From Vicinamibacteria bacterium (GTDB lineage Bacteria > Acidobacteriota > Vicinamibacteria > Marinacidobacterales > Marinacidobacteraceae), in contig OY821641.1 of the NCBI GenBank assembly GCA_963555995.3, positions 896,001 through 960,000 on the forward strand: 64,000 nt of DNA, read 5' to 3'. This document shows positions 19,358 through 27,682 of this stretch, piece by piece. Within the stretch, counting starts at the first letter, position 1. The number at the start of each line of letters is the position of its first letter. The position numbers and the translations under genes were made by a program. The notes beneath the pieces are model-generated. The model was not told the DNA's origin. It worked only from the letters and a program-made list of their open reading frames with translations, and ran no database searches.

Positions 19358-20665
19358 TTGATGACTCGGGACGTGCTTTCCGAACTGCTGCGGGACGGGG
19401 AGAACTCCGGGGTGGAGTTCAAGCGGGACAGCGTGACGCCGGAGAAGCTCGCCCGGGAGATGGCGGCGCTGCTGAACCTCGAAGGCGGGGTGATCCTGCT
19501 GGGGGTCGAGGACGACGGCGCGGTCTCCGGGCTCCGGCGCGATCCGAAGAAACGCGAGGAATGGGTGATGGAGGTGGCCAGGACCCATCTCCGCCCGGGC
19601 GTCATTCCCTTCTGGGAGACCAGCGAGATGCCGGACGGCAACGTCGTCGGGGTGATCTCCCTGCCCGCCGACGCCCCCGACAAGCCGTACAAGGCGAAGC
19701 GCGGCTCGGCGTGGATGACGCAGGTGCGGGTGGGCACGACGACCCGCGACGCCAGCGACGACGAGGAGATGCGCCTCTACGCGCAGTCCCGGCGGCTGCT
19801 CTATGACCACAAGCCGGTTCCGGGCGCGATGCTCGACGACTACGACATGCGGCGGCTCACCAACTACTTCCGCGACATCCGGCAGCAGGAATGTCCGGAA
19901 CTCGCAGACCTCGAGGGCTGGTCGCGGTTGCTTGTGAACGTCGATCTCGCCTTCGAGGATCGCGGCCGGGCGCTTCCCAGCGTCGGTGGACTGCTGCTGT
20001 TCGGCAAGGACCCCAATCGGTGTCTTCCCCAGGCAGGTATTACCGCCGTCGCGTTCGGCGGGGTCGAGAAGGACTACGACATCAAGGCGCGCGCGTTCCT
20101 GCGCGGTCCGCTGGTTTCGCTGTTCGCTCCGGACGACGATCCGTACCGGGGCCGCTACCCGAAGCTCGCGAGATCCTTTTCCGAGCCGGCGGCGGTCATC
20201 GAGGTCGGAGTGATCGAGAAGGCGCTCGACTTCGTGGCGCGGGCGACCGACGTGGAGGGTTTCGTGGACCGAACCGGACGCCGCCGGGAGCGCTGGGACT
20301 ATCCGCTGGATGCGGTGCGCGAAGCGGTCGTGAACGCTGTCGCCCACCGGGACTACACCATCGGCGGGACGGACATCGAACTGGCGATCTACCCGGATCG
20401 CCTGGAGGTCATTTCGCCGGGCCGGCTACCGAACACGGCGACCGTGGAGAAGCTGCGCCTCGGATACCGGTCTCTTCGGAACGACGTGATCCGCGATTTG
20501 CTGACCGCCTACGGTTACATCGAGGCGCTCGGCCTCGGCATTCCGCGCAAGATCATTGCGGGGATGCACGATCACAACGGCACCGATCCGGATCTGATCG
20601 AGGAGGAGAGCCGCTTCATCGTGCGCCTTTGGAAGGAGCGCGAGTCCCACGGCGACCGAGGTTGA
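19358..20665 (+). CDS. Schlafen/AlbA_2 domain plus RecG C-terminal-like (HATPase_c_4) protein
   Basis: GENSGVEFK, AALLNLEGGVILLGVEDDG, YPLDAVREAVVNAVAHRDY, YPDRLEVISPGRL, RN..I..LL..YGYIEALGLGI. Confidence 0.9.
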   Translation: MMTRDVLSELLRDGENSGVEFKRDSVTPEKLAREMAALLNLEGGVILLGVEDDGAVSGLRRDPKKREEWVMEVARTHLRPGVIPFWETSEMPDGNVVGVISLPADAPDKPYKAKRGSAWMTQVRVGTTTRDASDDEEMRLYAQSRRLLYDHKPVPGAMLDDYDMRRLTNYFRDIRQQECPELADLEGWSRLLVNVDLAFEDRGRALPSVGGLLLFGKDPNRCLPQAGITAVAFGGVEKDYDIKARAFLRGPLVSLFAPDDDPYRGRYPKLARSFSEPAAVIEVGVIEKALDFVARATDVEGFVDRTGRRRERWDYPLDAVREAVVNAVAHRDYTIGGTDIELAIYPDRLEVISPGRLPNTATVEKLRLGYRSLRNDVIRDLLTAYGYIEALGLGIPRKIIAGMHDHNGTDPDLIEEESRFIVRLWKERESHGDRG

Positions 20666-20732
20666 GGAACCAGCGGAACGGATCGAGGCGCCATCGGATC
20701 GCGGATCGCGGCATCCGTCGTCGCGGCGGCCG

Positions 20733-21189
20733 GGCTGCGCGACCTTCATCTGGGGGACGTTAGGATTGCCGCGTGGGTCGCTTGGACCCTGATGCTTCCG
20801 CGCCGTGCGGAACGGACACCTTGATGCTTGACGATTCCATGAACCCGGAGGGGTTCGATGGCCGGCAACCGGCTGGAGGAAGTGTGAAGAGGAAAGACTG
20901 GATTCCGTTCGTTTCGCTCGGAGTCTTCATGGCGGTGATGAACCTCACCATCGCAGGGTTCGGTTTCGAGCGGATCAACCGGATCGAGGTCCGGATAGAC
21001 CGGCTCGATGCCCGCATAGACCGGATCGAGGCGCGGATCGAGGCACGCATGGATCGCCTCGAGGACAAACTGAGCGCTCTGGAACAGCGGGTCTCCCGGA
21101 TCGAGGGCGTCCTGAGGATCCGGCTCGACCCGACCGAGCCGCCCGCGGACGGTGTCTCCGGCGCGCCACCGGAGTAGCGGCGCCCCCCG
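20733..21189. repeat. Duplicated cassette, copy 1 (leader plus small membrane/coiled-coil gene)
   Basis: Near-identical to 22249-22688. Confidence 0.9.
20884..21177 (+). CDS. Small membrane-anchored coiled-coil protein
   Basis: GGAGG RBS and GTG start, TM segment WIPFVSLGVFMAVMNLTIAGFGF, heptads RIDRLDARIDRIEAR...LEQRVSRIEG. Confidence 0.75.
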   Translation: MKRKDWIPFVSLGVFMAVMNLTIAGFGFERINRIEVRIDRLDARIDRIEARIEARMDRLEDKLSALEQRVSRIEGVLRIRLDPTEPPADGVSGAPPE

Positions 21190-22207
21190 GCTCACCCGGC
21201 GTGCCGCGATGGGGCTCCTCGGCGGCGCGTTGTCGGCCCCGCTGGCGGTGGCGCGAGTTGCGCAACCGGACCTCATCCGGCCGCCGCGTATCCGGCCCGG
21301 CGACGTGTTCGGCATCGTCAGCCCCGCCACCGCCGCCTTCGAGACCGACCCGACCGAGATCTTCGCGGACGCCTTCCGGGCGGTCGGGCTCGAACCGCGG
21401 CTCGGGTCGAACTACTACCGGCGGCGCGGCTACTTCGCCGGGAGCGACGCCGAGCGGGCGGCGGACATCATGGAGTTCTTCGCCGACTCCGAGGTGAAAG
21501 GCGTCTTCGCCCGGGGCGGCTGGGGGTCGGCGCGCGTCCTGCCGCACCTCGACTACGGCGTGATCCGGGCGAATCCCAAGGTCCTGCTCGGCTACAGCGA
21601 CGCCACCGCGCTCCTCACCGGGGTCCACGCGAAGACGGGGCTGATCGTCATGCACGGCCCCGGGCCGGGGAACCGCTTCTCGACCGAACACTTCCGCCGG
21701 ACCCTGATGGAAGGCGAAGCGGACCTGCTGGAGAACCCGGTAGGGGACCCCGGGAACCACATCGTGCCGCGGGAGCACCGGGTCCGCACCATCACCGGCG
21801 GGCGGGTGACGGGACCGCTGCTCGGCGGCAACCTGACGGTGCTGACCGCGATCATGGGGTCGGAGTACCTGCCGGACTTCACCGGCTCGATCCTCTTCCT
21901 CGAGGACGTGGACGAGGCGGTGTACCGGGTGGACCGGATGCTGACCACCCTGAAGCTCGCCGGGGTGCTGGACCGGATCGCGGGGTTCATCTTCGGGCGC
22001 TGCACGGACTGCGACCCGGGATCGGGGTTCGGCTCGCTCACCCTGGAGCAGGTGCTCGAGGACCACATCGCTCCGCTCGGCATCCCGGCCTTCCGGGGGA
22101 GCATGATCGGTCACATCCCCGAGCAGTTCACGCTTCCCATCGGGGGCCGCGCGGAAATGGACGCCGACCACGGCACGATTCGCCTCCTCGAGCCCGCCGT
22201 CGGGTAA
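21152..22207 (+). CDS. LD-carboxypeptidase (peptidase S66) with a Tat-like signal
   Basis: GIVSPA, AGSDAERAAD, ARGGWG, LGYSDAT, HGP, GGNL, LFLEDVDE, IGH. Tat-like LTRRAAMG. Start uncertain. Confidence 0.92.
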   Translation: MSPARHRSSGAPRLTRRAAMGLLGGALSAPLAVARVAQPDLIRPPRIRPGDVFGIVSPATAAFETDPTEIFADAFRAVGLEPRLGSNYYRRRGYFAGSDAERAADIMEFFADSEVKGVFARGGWGSARVLPHLDYGVIRANPKVLLGYSDATALLTGVHAKTGLIVMHGPGPGNRFSTEHFRRTLMEGEADLLENPVGDPGNHIVPREHRVRTITGGRVTGPLLGGNLTVLTAIMGSEYLPDFTGSILFLEDVDEAVYRVDRMLTTLKLAGVLDRIAGFIFGRCTDCDPGSGFGSLTLEQVLEDHIAPLGIPAFRGSMIGHIPEQFTLPIGGRAEMDADHGTIRLLEPAVG

Positions 22208-22248
22208 GGCTGCCCCCCAACCGGTTCCGCCGGCGGCGTCTTCCGGAC

Positions 22249-22688
22249 GGCTGCGCGGCCTTCACCCGCGGGTGGTGAGGTTAGGATTGCCGGGTGGGTC
22301 GCTTGGACCCTGACGCTTCCGCGCCGTGCGGAACGGACACCTTGATGCTTGACGATTCCATGAACCCGGAGGGGTTCGATGGCCGGCAACCGGCTGGAGG
22401 AAGCGTGAAGAGGAAAGACTGGATTCCGTTCGTTTCGCTCGGAGTCTTCATGGCGGTGATGAACCTCACCATCGCAGGGTTCGGTTTTGAGCGGATCAAC
22501 CGGCTCGAGGCCCGGATGGACCGGATCGAGGCGCGCATGGACCGCCTGGAGGAAAGGCTGAGCGCCCTGGAACAGCGGGTCTCCCGGATCGAGGGCGTCC
22601 TGATGATCCGCGTGGGTCCGACCGAGCCGGATCCCGCGCCGCCCGCGGACGGCGCCTCCGGCGCGCCACCGGAATAGCGGCGCCCGCC
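22249..22688. repeat. Duplicated cassette, copy 2
   Basis: Near-identical to 20733-21189, with a shorter heptad tract. Confidence 0.9.
22405..22677 (+). CDS. Small membrane-anchored coiled-coil protein (paralog of 20884-21177)
   Basis: Same TM segment, fewer heptads. Confidence 0.75.
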   Translation: MKRKDWIPFVSLGVFMAVMNLTIAGFGFERINRLEARMDRIEARMDRLEERLSALEQRVSRIEGVLMIRVGPTEPDPAPPADGASGAPPE

Positions 22689-22754
22689 GTTCCACCGGCG
22701 GGCCGGCCCACCGGGAGGGCTGACCAGCGGTTCACGCCGACTCGGCGCGTTGTC

Positions 22755-22789
22755 TTGACAGAACGATATAACTAGGGTTATAGTTATAT
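22755..22789 (+). promoter_or_regulatory. Sigma-70 promoter overlapped by an ArsR-type operator
   Basis: TTGACA (22755-60), 18 bp, TATAGT (22779-84). Inverted repeat ATATAACTA-N6-TAGTTATAT at 22766-22789. Confidence 0.8.
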
Positions 22790-22793
22790 TGTC

Positions 22794-23180
22794 ATGACGA
22801 CAACGGCCCCGCTCAACGAGGAACTCGCGGCGACGAGTCTGGGGGCGCTCGGGAACCCGACGCGCCTGCGGCTCTACCGGCTGCTGGTAAGGGCCGGACC
22901 GTCCGGTCTCCCCGTGGGGACGCTCGTCCGGACGCTCGGCGCGCCGGCTTCCACGCTCGCCCACCACCTCGCCTGCCTGACCCGGGCCGGCCTCGTGGAG
23001 CAGGAGCAGCGGGGACGGGAGGTGCGTTCGCGTCCCGATTTCGCCGCCATGACCCGGCTCATGGACTTTCTGACCGCCGAATGCTGCACGGGTGCGCCTT
23101 CGGCCCCCGCGACGGAGGAAACCGACGGTGTCCCGACTGCAACTTGCCCTGAATGTGACGAACCTCGAGAAGGCGATTGA
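22794..23180 (+). CDS. arsR: ArsR/SmtB family repressor
   Basis: ALGNPTRLRLYRLLV..G..VG.L....GAPASTLAHHL..L..AGLV..EQRGR, C-terminal AECC. Confidence 0.88.
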   Translation: MTTTAPLNEELAATSLGALGNPTRLRLYRLLVRAGPSGLPVGTLVRTLGAPASTLAHHLACLTRAGLVEQEQRGREVRSRPDFAAMTRLMDFLTAECCTGAPSAPATEETDGVPTATCPECDEPREGD

Positions 23181-23568
23181 CTTCTACTCGCGGATGTTCG
23201 CGACCGCGCCGGCGAAGGTGAAGCCCGGCTACGCGAACTTCGCCATCAGCGACCCGCCGCTGAAACTCGTGCTCTTCGAGGGTTCGGAGGGGGCGACGAT
23301 CAACCACCTGGGCGTGGAGGTGGAGGCGACCCGGCAGGTGCGGGCGGCCGAGGGACGGCTGCGGGAGTCGGGGCTCGAGACGACCGGAGTGGAGGACACC
23401 GTGTGCTGCTACGCGGAGAAGACGGAAACCTGGGTGACCGATCCGGACGGGGCGCGCTGGGAGTGGTACGTGAAGTCGCGGGACGCGGAGCGGTTGCAGA
23501 ATGTGGTGATTTCGGCGGACGGGGCCGACGTGGGGGCGGACATCGCGAAACAGACCTGCTGTACCTGA
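23128..23568 (+). CDS. ArsI/CadI family VOC metalloenzyme
   Basis: MSRLQLALNV..L..AIDFYS.MF...PAKVKPGYANF...DPPLKLVL, NHLGVEV, CCYA, WVTDPDG.RWEWY. Confidence 0.9.
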   Translation: MSRLQLALNVTNLEKAIDFYSRMFATAPAKVKPGYANFAISDPPLKLVLFEGSEGATINHLGVEVEATRQVRAAEGRLRESGLETTGVEDTVCCYAEKTETWVTDPDGARWEWYVKSRDAERLQNVVISADGADVGADIAKQTCCT

Positions 23569-23570
23569 CG

Positions 23571-24238
23571 GCGCACCCCGCCGGGCATGAAAGCGGCGGG
23601 AACGGCTGGGAGCGCCGCTCTTCAGAGCGGCACAGCGGGCCGAAGGCGCGCGGATGTCGTATCGCTGTCTGCGGGGATGAACGGACAGCAGAGCACCACC
23701 GCGCCGCTCGACATGGCGCCGTGCGCTGCGCTATCGCGCAGCGCGTGCCGGTCTGCCGTTGTGAACGGCCCCACCGGGAGAAACCCCCATGTGCGTGTCC
23801 TGTTGCGCACCCCACCGGGCATGAAGACGGCGGGAACGGCTGGGAGCGCCGCTCTTCAGAGCGGCACAGCGGGCCGAAGGCGCGCGGATGTCGTATCGCT
23901 GTCTGCGGGGATGAACGGACAGCAGAGCACCGCCGCGCCGCTCGACATGGCGCCGTGCGCTGCGCTATCGCGCAGCGCGTGCCGGTCTGCCGTTGTGAAC
24001 GGCCCCACCGGGAGAAACCCCCATGTGCGTGTCCTGTTGCGCACCCCGCCGGGCATGAAAGCGGCGGGAACGGCTGGGAGCGCCGCTCTTCAGAGCGGCA
24101 CAGCGGGCCGAAGGCGCGCGGATGTCGTATCGCTGTCTGCGGGGATGAACGGACAGCAGAGCACCGCCGCGCCGCTCGACATGGCGCCGTGCGCTGCGCT
24201 ATCGCGCAGCGCGTGCCGGTCTGAAGACCGGCGCTCCC
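23571..24238. repeat. Three tandem 234-bp units, each carrying a REPIN-like element
   Basis: Units start at 23571, 23805 and 24039. Only the last has an intact right-hand REP. Confidence 0.92.
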
Positions 24239-24282
24239 AGCCAGCGGCGCAACGGATGCTGGTTGCATTTTCACAGCAACTG

Positions 24283-25698
24283 CTAGGCCCGTGCTTCTAC
24301 AGCGAGTTCGATGCGGTGCGGAAGCGCCGGCTGCCCCGGAGCGCGGGCGACGTTCGCGGTTGACGGGAGGCGTTGGCGAAGGACGGCCAGCACGTCCGGC
24401 CAATCTTTCTCGTGGGAACGCGCTTCGACCCGAGCGGTGTCCGTGATTTCGGCGGCGAGGGACTGGAGGGCGCCTTCGACCCGGTCGAGCACGAAGTGGG
24501 TCTGCGCCCGGACGTGGTCGCCGCCGATGGGGCGGCCGCGATGGGTGGGGGTGACCCCGGCAATCCGGATTTCGTTCCCGGCGCGGACCGCTTCCGCGAA
24601 ACCCGCCTCCGGGTCCAGTTCCACTCCGCGCGCCGTTTCCCGCACCGCGTAGGGCGCCGGGAAGTGGGTGACGTGGTGGTGGAGGTCTCCCGATGCGGTC
24701 AGGTAGGGCGGCCTCCGGTATTCGTCCCCGCAGTCGCCGGGAATCGGGTCGAGCCCGGCCTGCGCCTCGGCGAGTTCCGCGCGGGACCGCTCGTCGAGCG
24801 CGAAGTCGAAGAGCCGCAGGTTGTCCGCGACGTGGGTCCGTTCCCCGGGACGGGCTCCGACGATCACCCCGGCCACCGCCGGCGCTTCCAGCACGTGGCG
24901 CGCGGCCACGTTGGCGATGGACACGCCGTAGTGGTCCGCGACCCGGCGCGCGGCGCGCAGCACCGCCTGGAAGCGGTCCCAGCCGCCCGCCTGGTCCATG
25001 AAGCGGCGGTATTTCATCTGCGACCAGGTGAGCGCATCGTCCATCGGAGGTTCCGGAGCGTCGAGCCAGCGGTCGCTCAGCAGCCCCCCGGCCAGCGTCC
25101 CGTACGCCAGCAGGCCGACGCCGTGGCGCCCGCAGACCTCGGTCATCCGCCCCGCGGCCCGGCGGTCCACCAGCGAGTAGCAGACCTGGTTCGAGACGAG
25201 GGGGATGCCGCTCCGGAGCGCGAGATCGAGATGGACCGCGTCGAAGTTGGTGACCCCGAGGTGACGGATCCGGCCCGAATCCCGGATCTCCATCAGGTGG
25301 AACAGGCAGTCCAGCCAGCCGGGGTGGGGATAGCTCCACGCGTGGAACTGGAGGAGGTCGAGGCGCTCCGTTCCGATCCGGTCGAGCGATCGCCGGACCG
25401 CGTCTTCCACCTCCGGGCGGGAGGCGACCCCGGGCTCGGGCACCCACTTGGTGAACACCCGAACTTCGGGACGGCGTCGGTGCAGGGCGCCGGCGATCAG
25501 CTCCGCCGAGCCGTAGTGGTCGGCGACGTCGAACGTGGCGAAGCCGGCGTCCACCGCGGGTTCGAGCGCCCGGGCCGCCCCCTCCGTTTCGAGCGCGGTC
25601 CCGCCCCGCTCCTGGTCGGCGACCTGCCAGAGCCCGGTCAGGACCCGGGAGACCTCCAGCCCGGCGGCCAGCCGGGCGCGCTCCACCGGCCCGCTCAC
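24283..25698 (-). CDS. Aldo/keto reductase fused to a C-terminal RidA/YjgF-like domain
   Basis: GLWQ, FDVADHYGSAE, FTKW, LDLLQFH, LGVTNFD, SNQVCYSLVDRR. C-terminus FAEAVRAGNEIRIAG..AQTHFVL...PSTAN...HRIELAVEA. Confidence 0.85.
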   Translation of the reverse strand: MSGPVERARLAAGLEVSRVLTGLWQVADQERGGTALETEGAARALEPAVDAGFATFDVADHYGSAELIAGALHRRRPEVRVFTKWVPEPGVASRPEVEDAVRRSLDRIGTERLDLLQFHAWSYPHPGWLDCLFHLMEIRDSGRIRHLGVTNFDAVHLDLALRSGIPLVSNQVCYSLVDRRAAGRMTEVCGRHGVGLLAYGTLAGGLLSDRWLDAPEPPMDDALTWSQMKYRRFMDQAGGWDRFQAVLRAARRVADHYGVSIANVAARHVLEAPAVAGVIVGARPGERTHVADNLRLFDFALDERSRAELAEAQAGLDPIPGDCGDEYRRPPYLTASGDLHHHVTHFPAPYAVRETARGVELDPEAGFAEAVRAGNEIRIAGVTPTHRGRPIGGDHVRAQTHFVLDRVEGALQSLAAEITDTARVEARSHEKDWPDVLAVLRQRLPSTANVARAPGQPALPHRIELAVEARA

Positions 25699-27200
25699 TC
25701 GGGCGGCAGGCTTCGGAACAGGCGGTCGGTGTCCACCCCGCGCCGCCGGAGCCGCCCCATCTCCCGGAGGTAGATCAGCGAGGCGATCCCCATCACGAGC
25801 AGCCACACCCAGGTCGAGTGGAAGTACCAGGCGGCCGTCTCGGTGGTGAGGTCCTTGACGATGTGGAGGACCAGGAACAGTCCGAGAATCGCCGCGCCCC
25901 CGCCGCCCACGAGCACCTGCGCGGGCCTCCCCAGCACCTTCACGCCGGCGGCGAGGTCCGGGTTGCGTCGGGGCAGGGTGACCAGCGAGAGGCAGATGAG
26001 CCCGAAGTTGACGAGCATCGACGTCACCAGGATGTCGATCCCCAGGAAGAAGTCGCCCGCGAGGTGGCTCCCCAGGATCCCCACCGTCGCCATCGTTCCG
26101 CTCAGCAGGATCGCCACCCAGGGGGTGTGGAAGCTCCGGTGGACGGCGGCCACCCCCTTGGGGAAGATGCCGTCCTCGGCCCAGGCGAACATCATGCGGG
26201 AGACGGCGAGCAGCATCGCGGGGAGGTCGTTGATGAGCGCCACCGCGGCCCCGGCGAGGATCGCGGCGGTGCCGGCCGCCGGGAGCAGGTAGCCGAGCAG
26301 TCCCGGCGCGGTCACGTCGCGGAGGGCCGCTTCTTCGGCGACGAACTGCCACGGCACGGCGTGGTACATCGCGGCGGTGAACAGGAAGTAGAACCCGCCG
26401 ACCGAAGCGATGGCGATCCCGATGGCCAGCGGGATGTTGCGGCCGGGGTTCTTCGCCTCGCCGCCCGCCTGCGCGATCGAGTCGAACCCGATGAAGGTGG
26501 AAAAGAGCACCACCGCGGCGGCCACGAACGGGACGAGCTGGAGCGGCGTGGCCGGCGCGTCCGGGACCGACCGGCCCTCGCTCGCCAGCAGCGCGGCGGC
26601 GAAGTCCCCGTGGTCGAAGGCGAAGCCGCTGACGATCACCACCCCGCCCAGCGCGAACATCAGGAACATCATGGGGACGAGGGTCCGCTCGTAGAGCTTC
26701 AGTCCCCGCACGTTCACCAGCACGAAGGTCCAGAGGAAGGCGATCGAGATGCCGACCCGCACCGGGCCGCGCTCGAGGGCGCCGGCGACCGCGGCGTAGC
26801 CGAGCGCGCCGGCCATGTCGCGGATGAAGGGAACGAGCAGGTACGACACCACGCCGATGGCGATGGACAGCCCGAACCACTGGGAGAAGCTGGCGATGAA
26901 CCCCCACCAGGGGCTGAGCGCGCGGCTCGCGTACACGTAGCTGCCCCCGGCGCGGGGCATCGCCGATCCCAGGCTGCCGTAGGCGAGCGCCGCGAGCACC
27001 GCCGGGAGCGCGGCGAAGAGGTAGGCCGGCAGGACGTATGGGCCGATGTCCGGAAGGCCGCGCAGCAGCATGAACGGCATCACGTTGATCGCCGCCCCCA
27101 GCATCGAGCAGATCCCGGTGGCGGCGAGCCCCATGAGCCCGAGGTTCCGCGCCAGCCCGGTGGCGGAACGCGCTGCTCCTTCCCGGCGCCCGTTCGTCAT
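25695..27200 (-). CDS. APC-family amino acid permease
   Basis: LARNLGL..GICSMLGAAI, MPRAGGSYVY, FIGFDSIAQAGGEAKNPGRNIP, SRMMFAWAEDG, about 12 TM segments. Confidence 0.9.
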   Translation of the reverse strand: MTNGRREGAARSATGLARNLGLMGLAATGICSMLGAAINVMPFMLLRGLPDIGPYVLPAYLFAALPAVLAALAYGSLGSAMPRAGGSYVYASRALSPWWGFIASFSQWFGLSIAIGVVSYLLVPFIRDMAGALGYAAVAGALERGPVRVGISIAFLWTFVLVNVRGLKLYERTLVPMMFLMFALGGVVIVSGFAFDHGDFAAALLASEGRSVPDAPATPLQLVPFVAAAVVLFSTFIGFDSIAQAGGEAKNPGRNIPLAIGIAIASVGGFYFLFTAAMYHAVPWQFVAEEAALRDVTAPGLLGYLLPAAGTAAILAGAAVALINDLPAMLLAVSRMMFAWAEDGIFPKGVAAVHRSFHTPWVAILLSGTMATVGILGSHLAGDFFLGIDILVTSMLVNFGLICLSLVTLPRRNPDLAAGVKVLGRPAQVLVGGGGAAILGLFLVLHIVKDLTTETAAWYFHSTWVWLLVMGIASLIYLREMGRLRRRGVDTDRLFRSLPPE

Positions 27201-27246
27201 TTCCCGCTCACCATATCGCCGAACCGCGCTCCCGTGGCGCTCCGGT

Positions 27247-27608
27247 GGTTTGCGGTGCAAATGCAGTCCCGCGAGTCCGCGTCGGAGCGCCGGCCTCCGG
27301 CCGGCATCGCGCGGCAGCGCGAAACCCGCGCATGATGGAGTTCTCCTGCACACCCCGCCGGTCCTGAAAACGGCAGAGACGGCTGGGAGCGCCGGTCTTC
27401 AGACCGGCACAGCGGGCCGAAGGCCCGCGGATGTCGTGTCGCTGTCGGCGGTGATGAACCGGGAGCAGAGCGCCACCGCGCCGGCCACCGTCGTGCCGTG
27501 CGCTGCGCTGTCGCGGAGCGCGTGCCGGTCTGAAGACCGGCGCTCCCAGCCGGCGGCGCGACCCACGCTGGTTGACCCTTCGCCCAGACTGCACCTTCAC
27601 AGCAGACC
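27247..27608. mobile_element. Composite non-autonomous element: imperfect 22-bp terminal inverted repeats enclosing one REP and one REPIN-like doublet
   Basis: GGTTTGCGGTGCAAATGCAGTC (27247-68) vs GACTGCACCTTCACAGCAGACC (27587-608), 17/22 match. REPs at 27284, 27385 and ending at 27547. Confidence 0.6.
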
Positions 27609-27682
27609 CGCGCTGAGGGCGCTCCTCCCCGTGAACGCGGCCAGTCTCTTGACGCCCTTCGCCGCGGGAAGCGCGGCTCCTC

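Noticed and set aside
20773-20883. Longer N-termini for the duplicated small proteins (ORF starts at 20773 and 22294)
   Set aside because: A strong GGAGG RBS precedes the downstream GTG (20884 and 22405), so the upstream part is more likely a leader.
23403-24363. Repeat-protein ORFs over the 234-bp tandem, and ORFs over other REP clusters (4304-4789, 8613-9069, 27046-27765)
   Set aside because: They are made entirely of REP/REPIN DNA that occurs elsewhere in both orientations and different frames.
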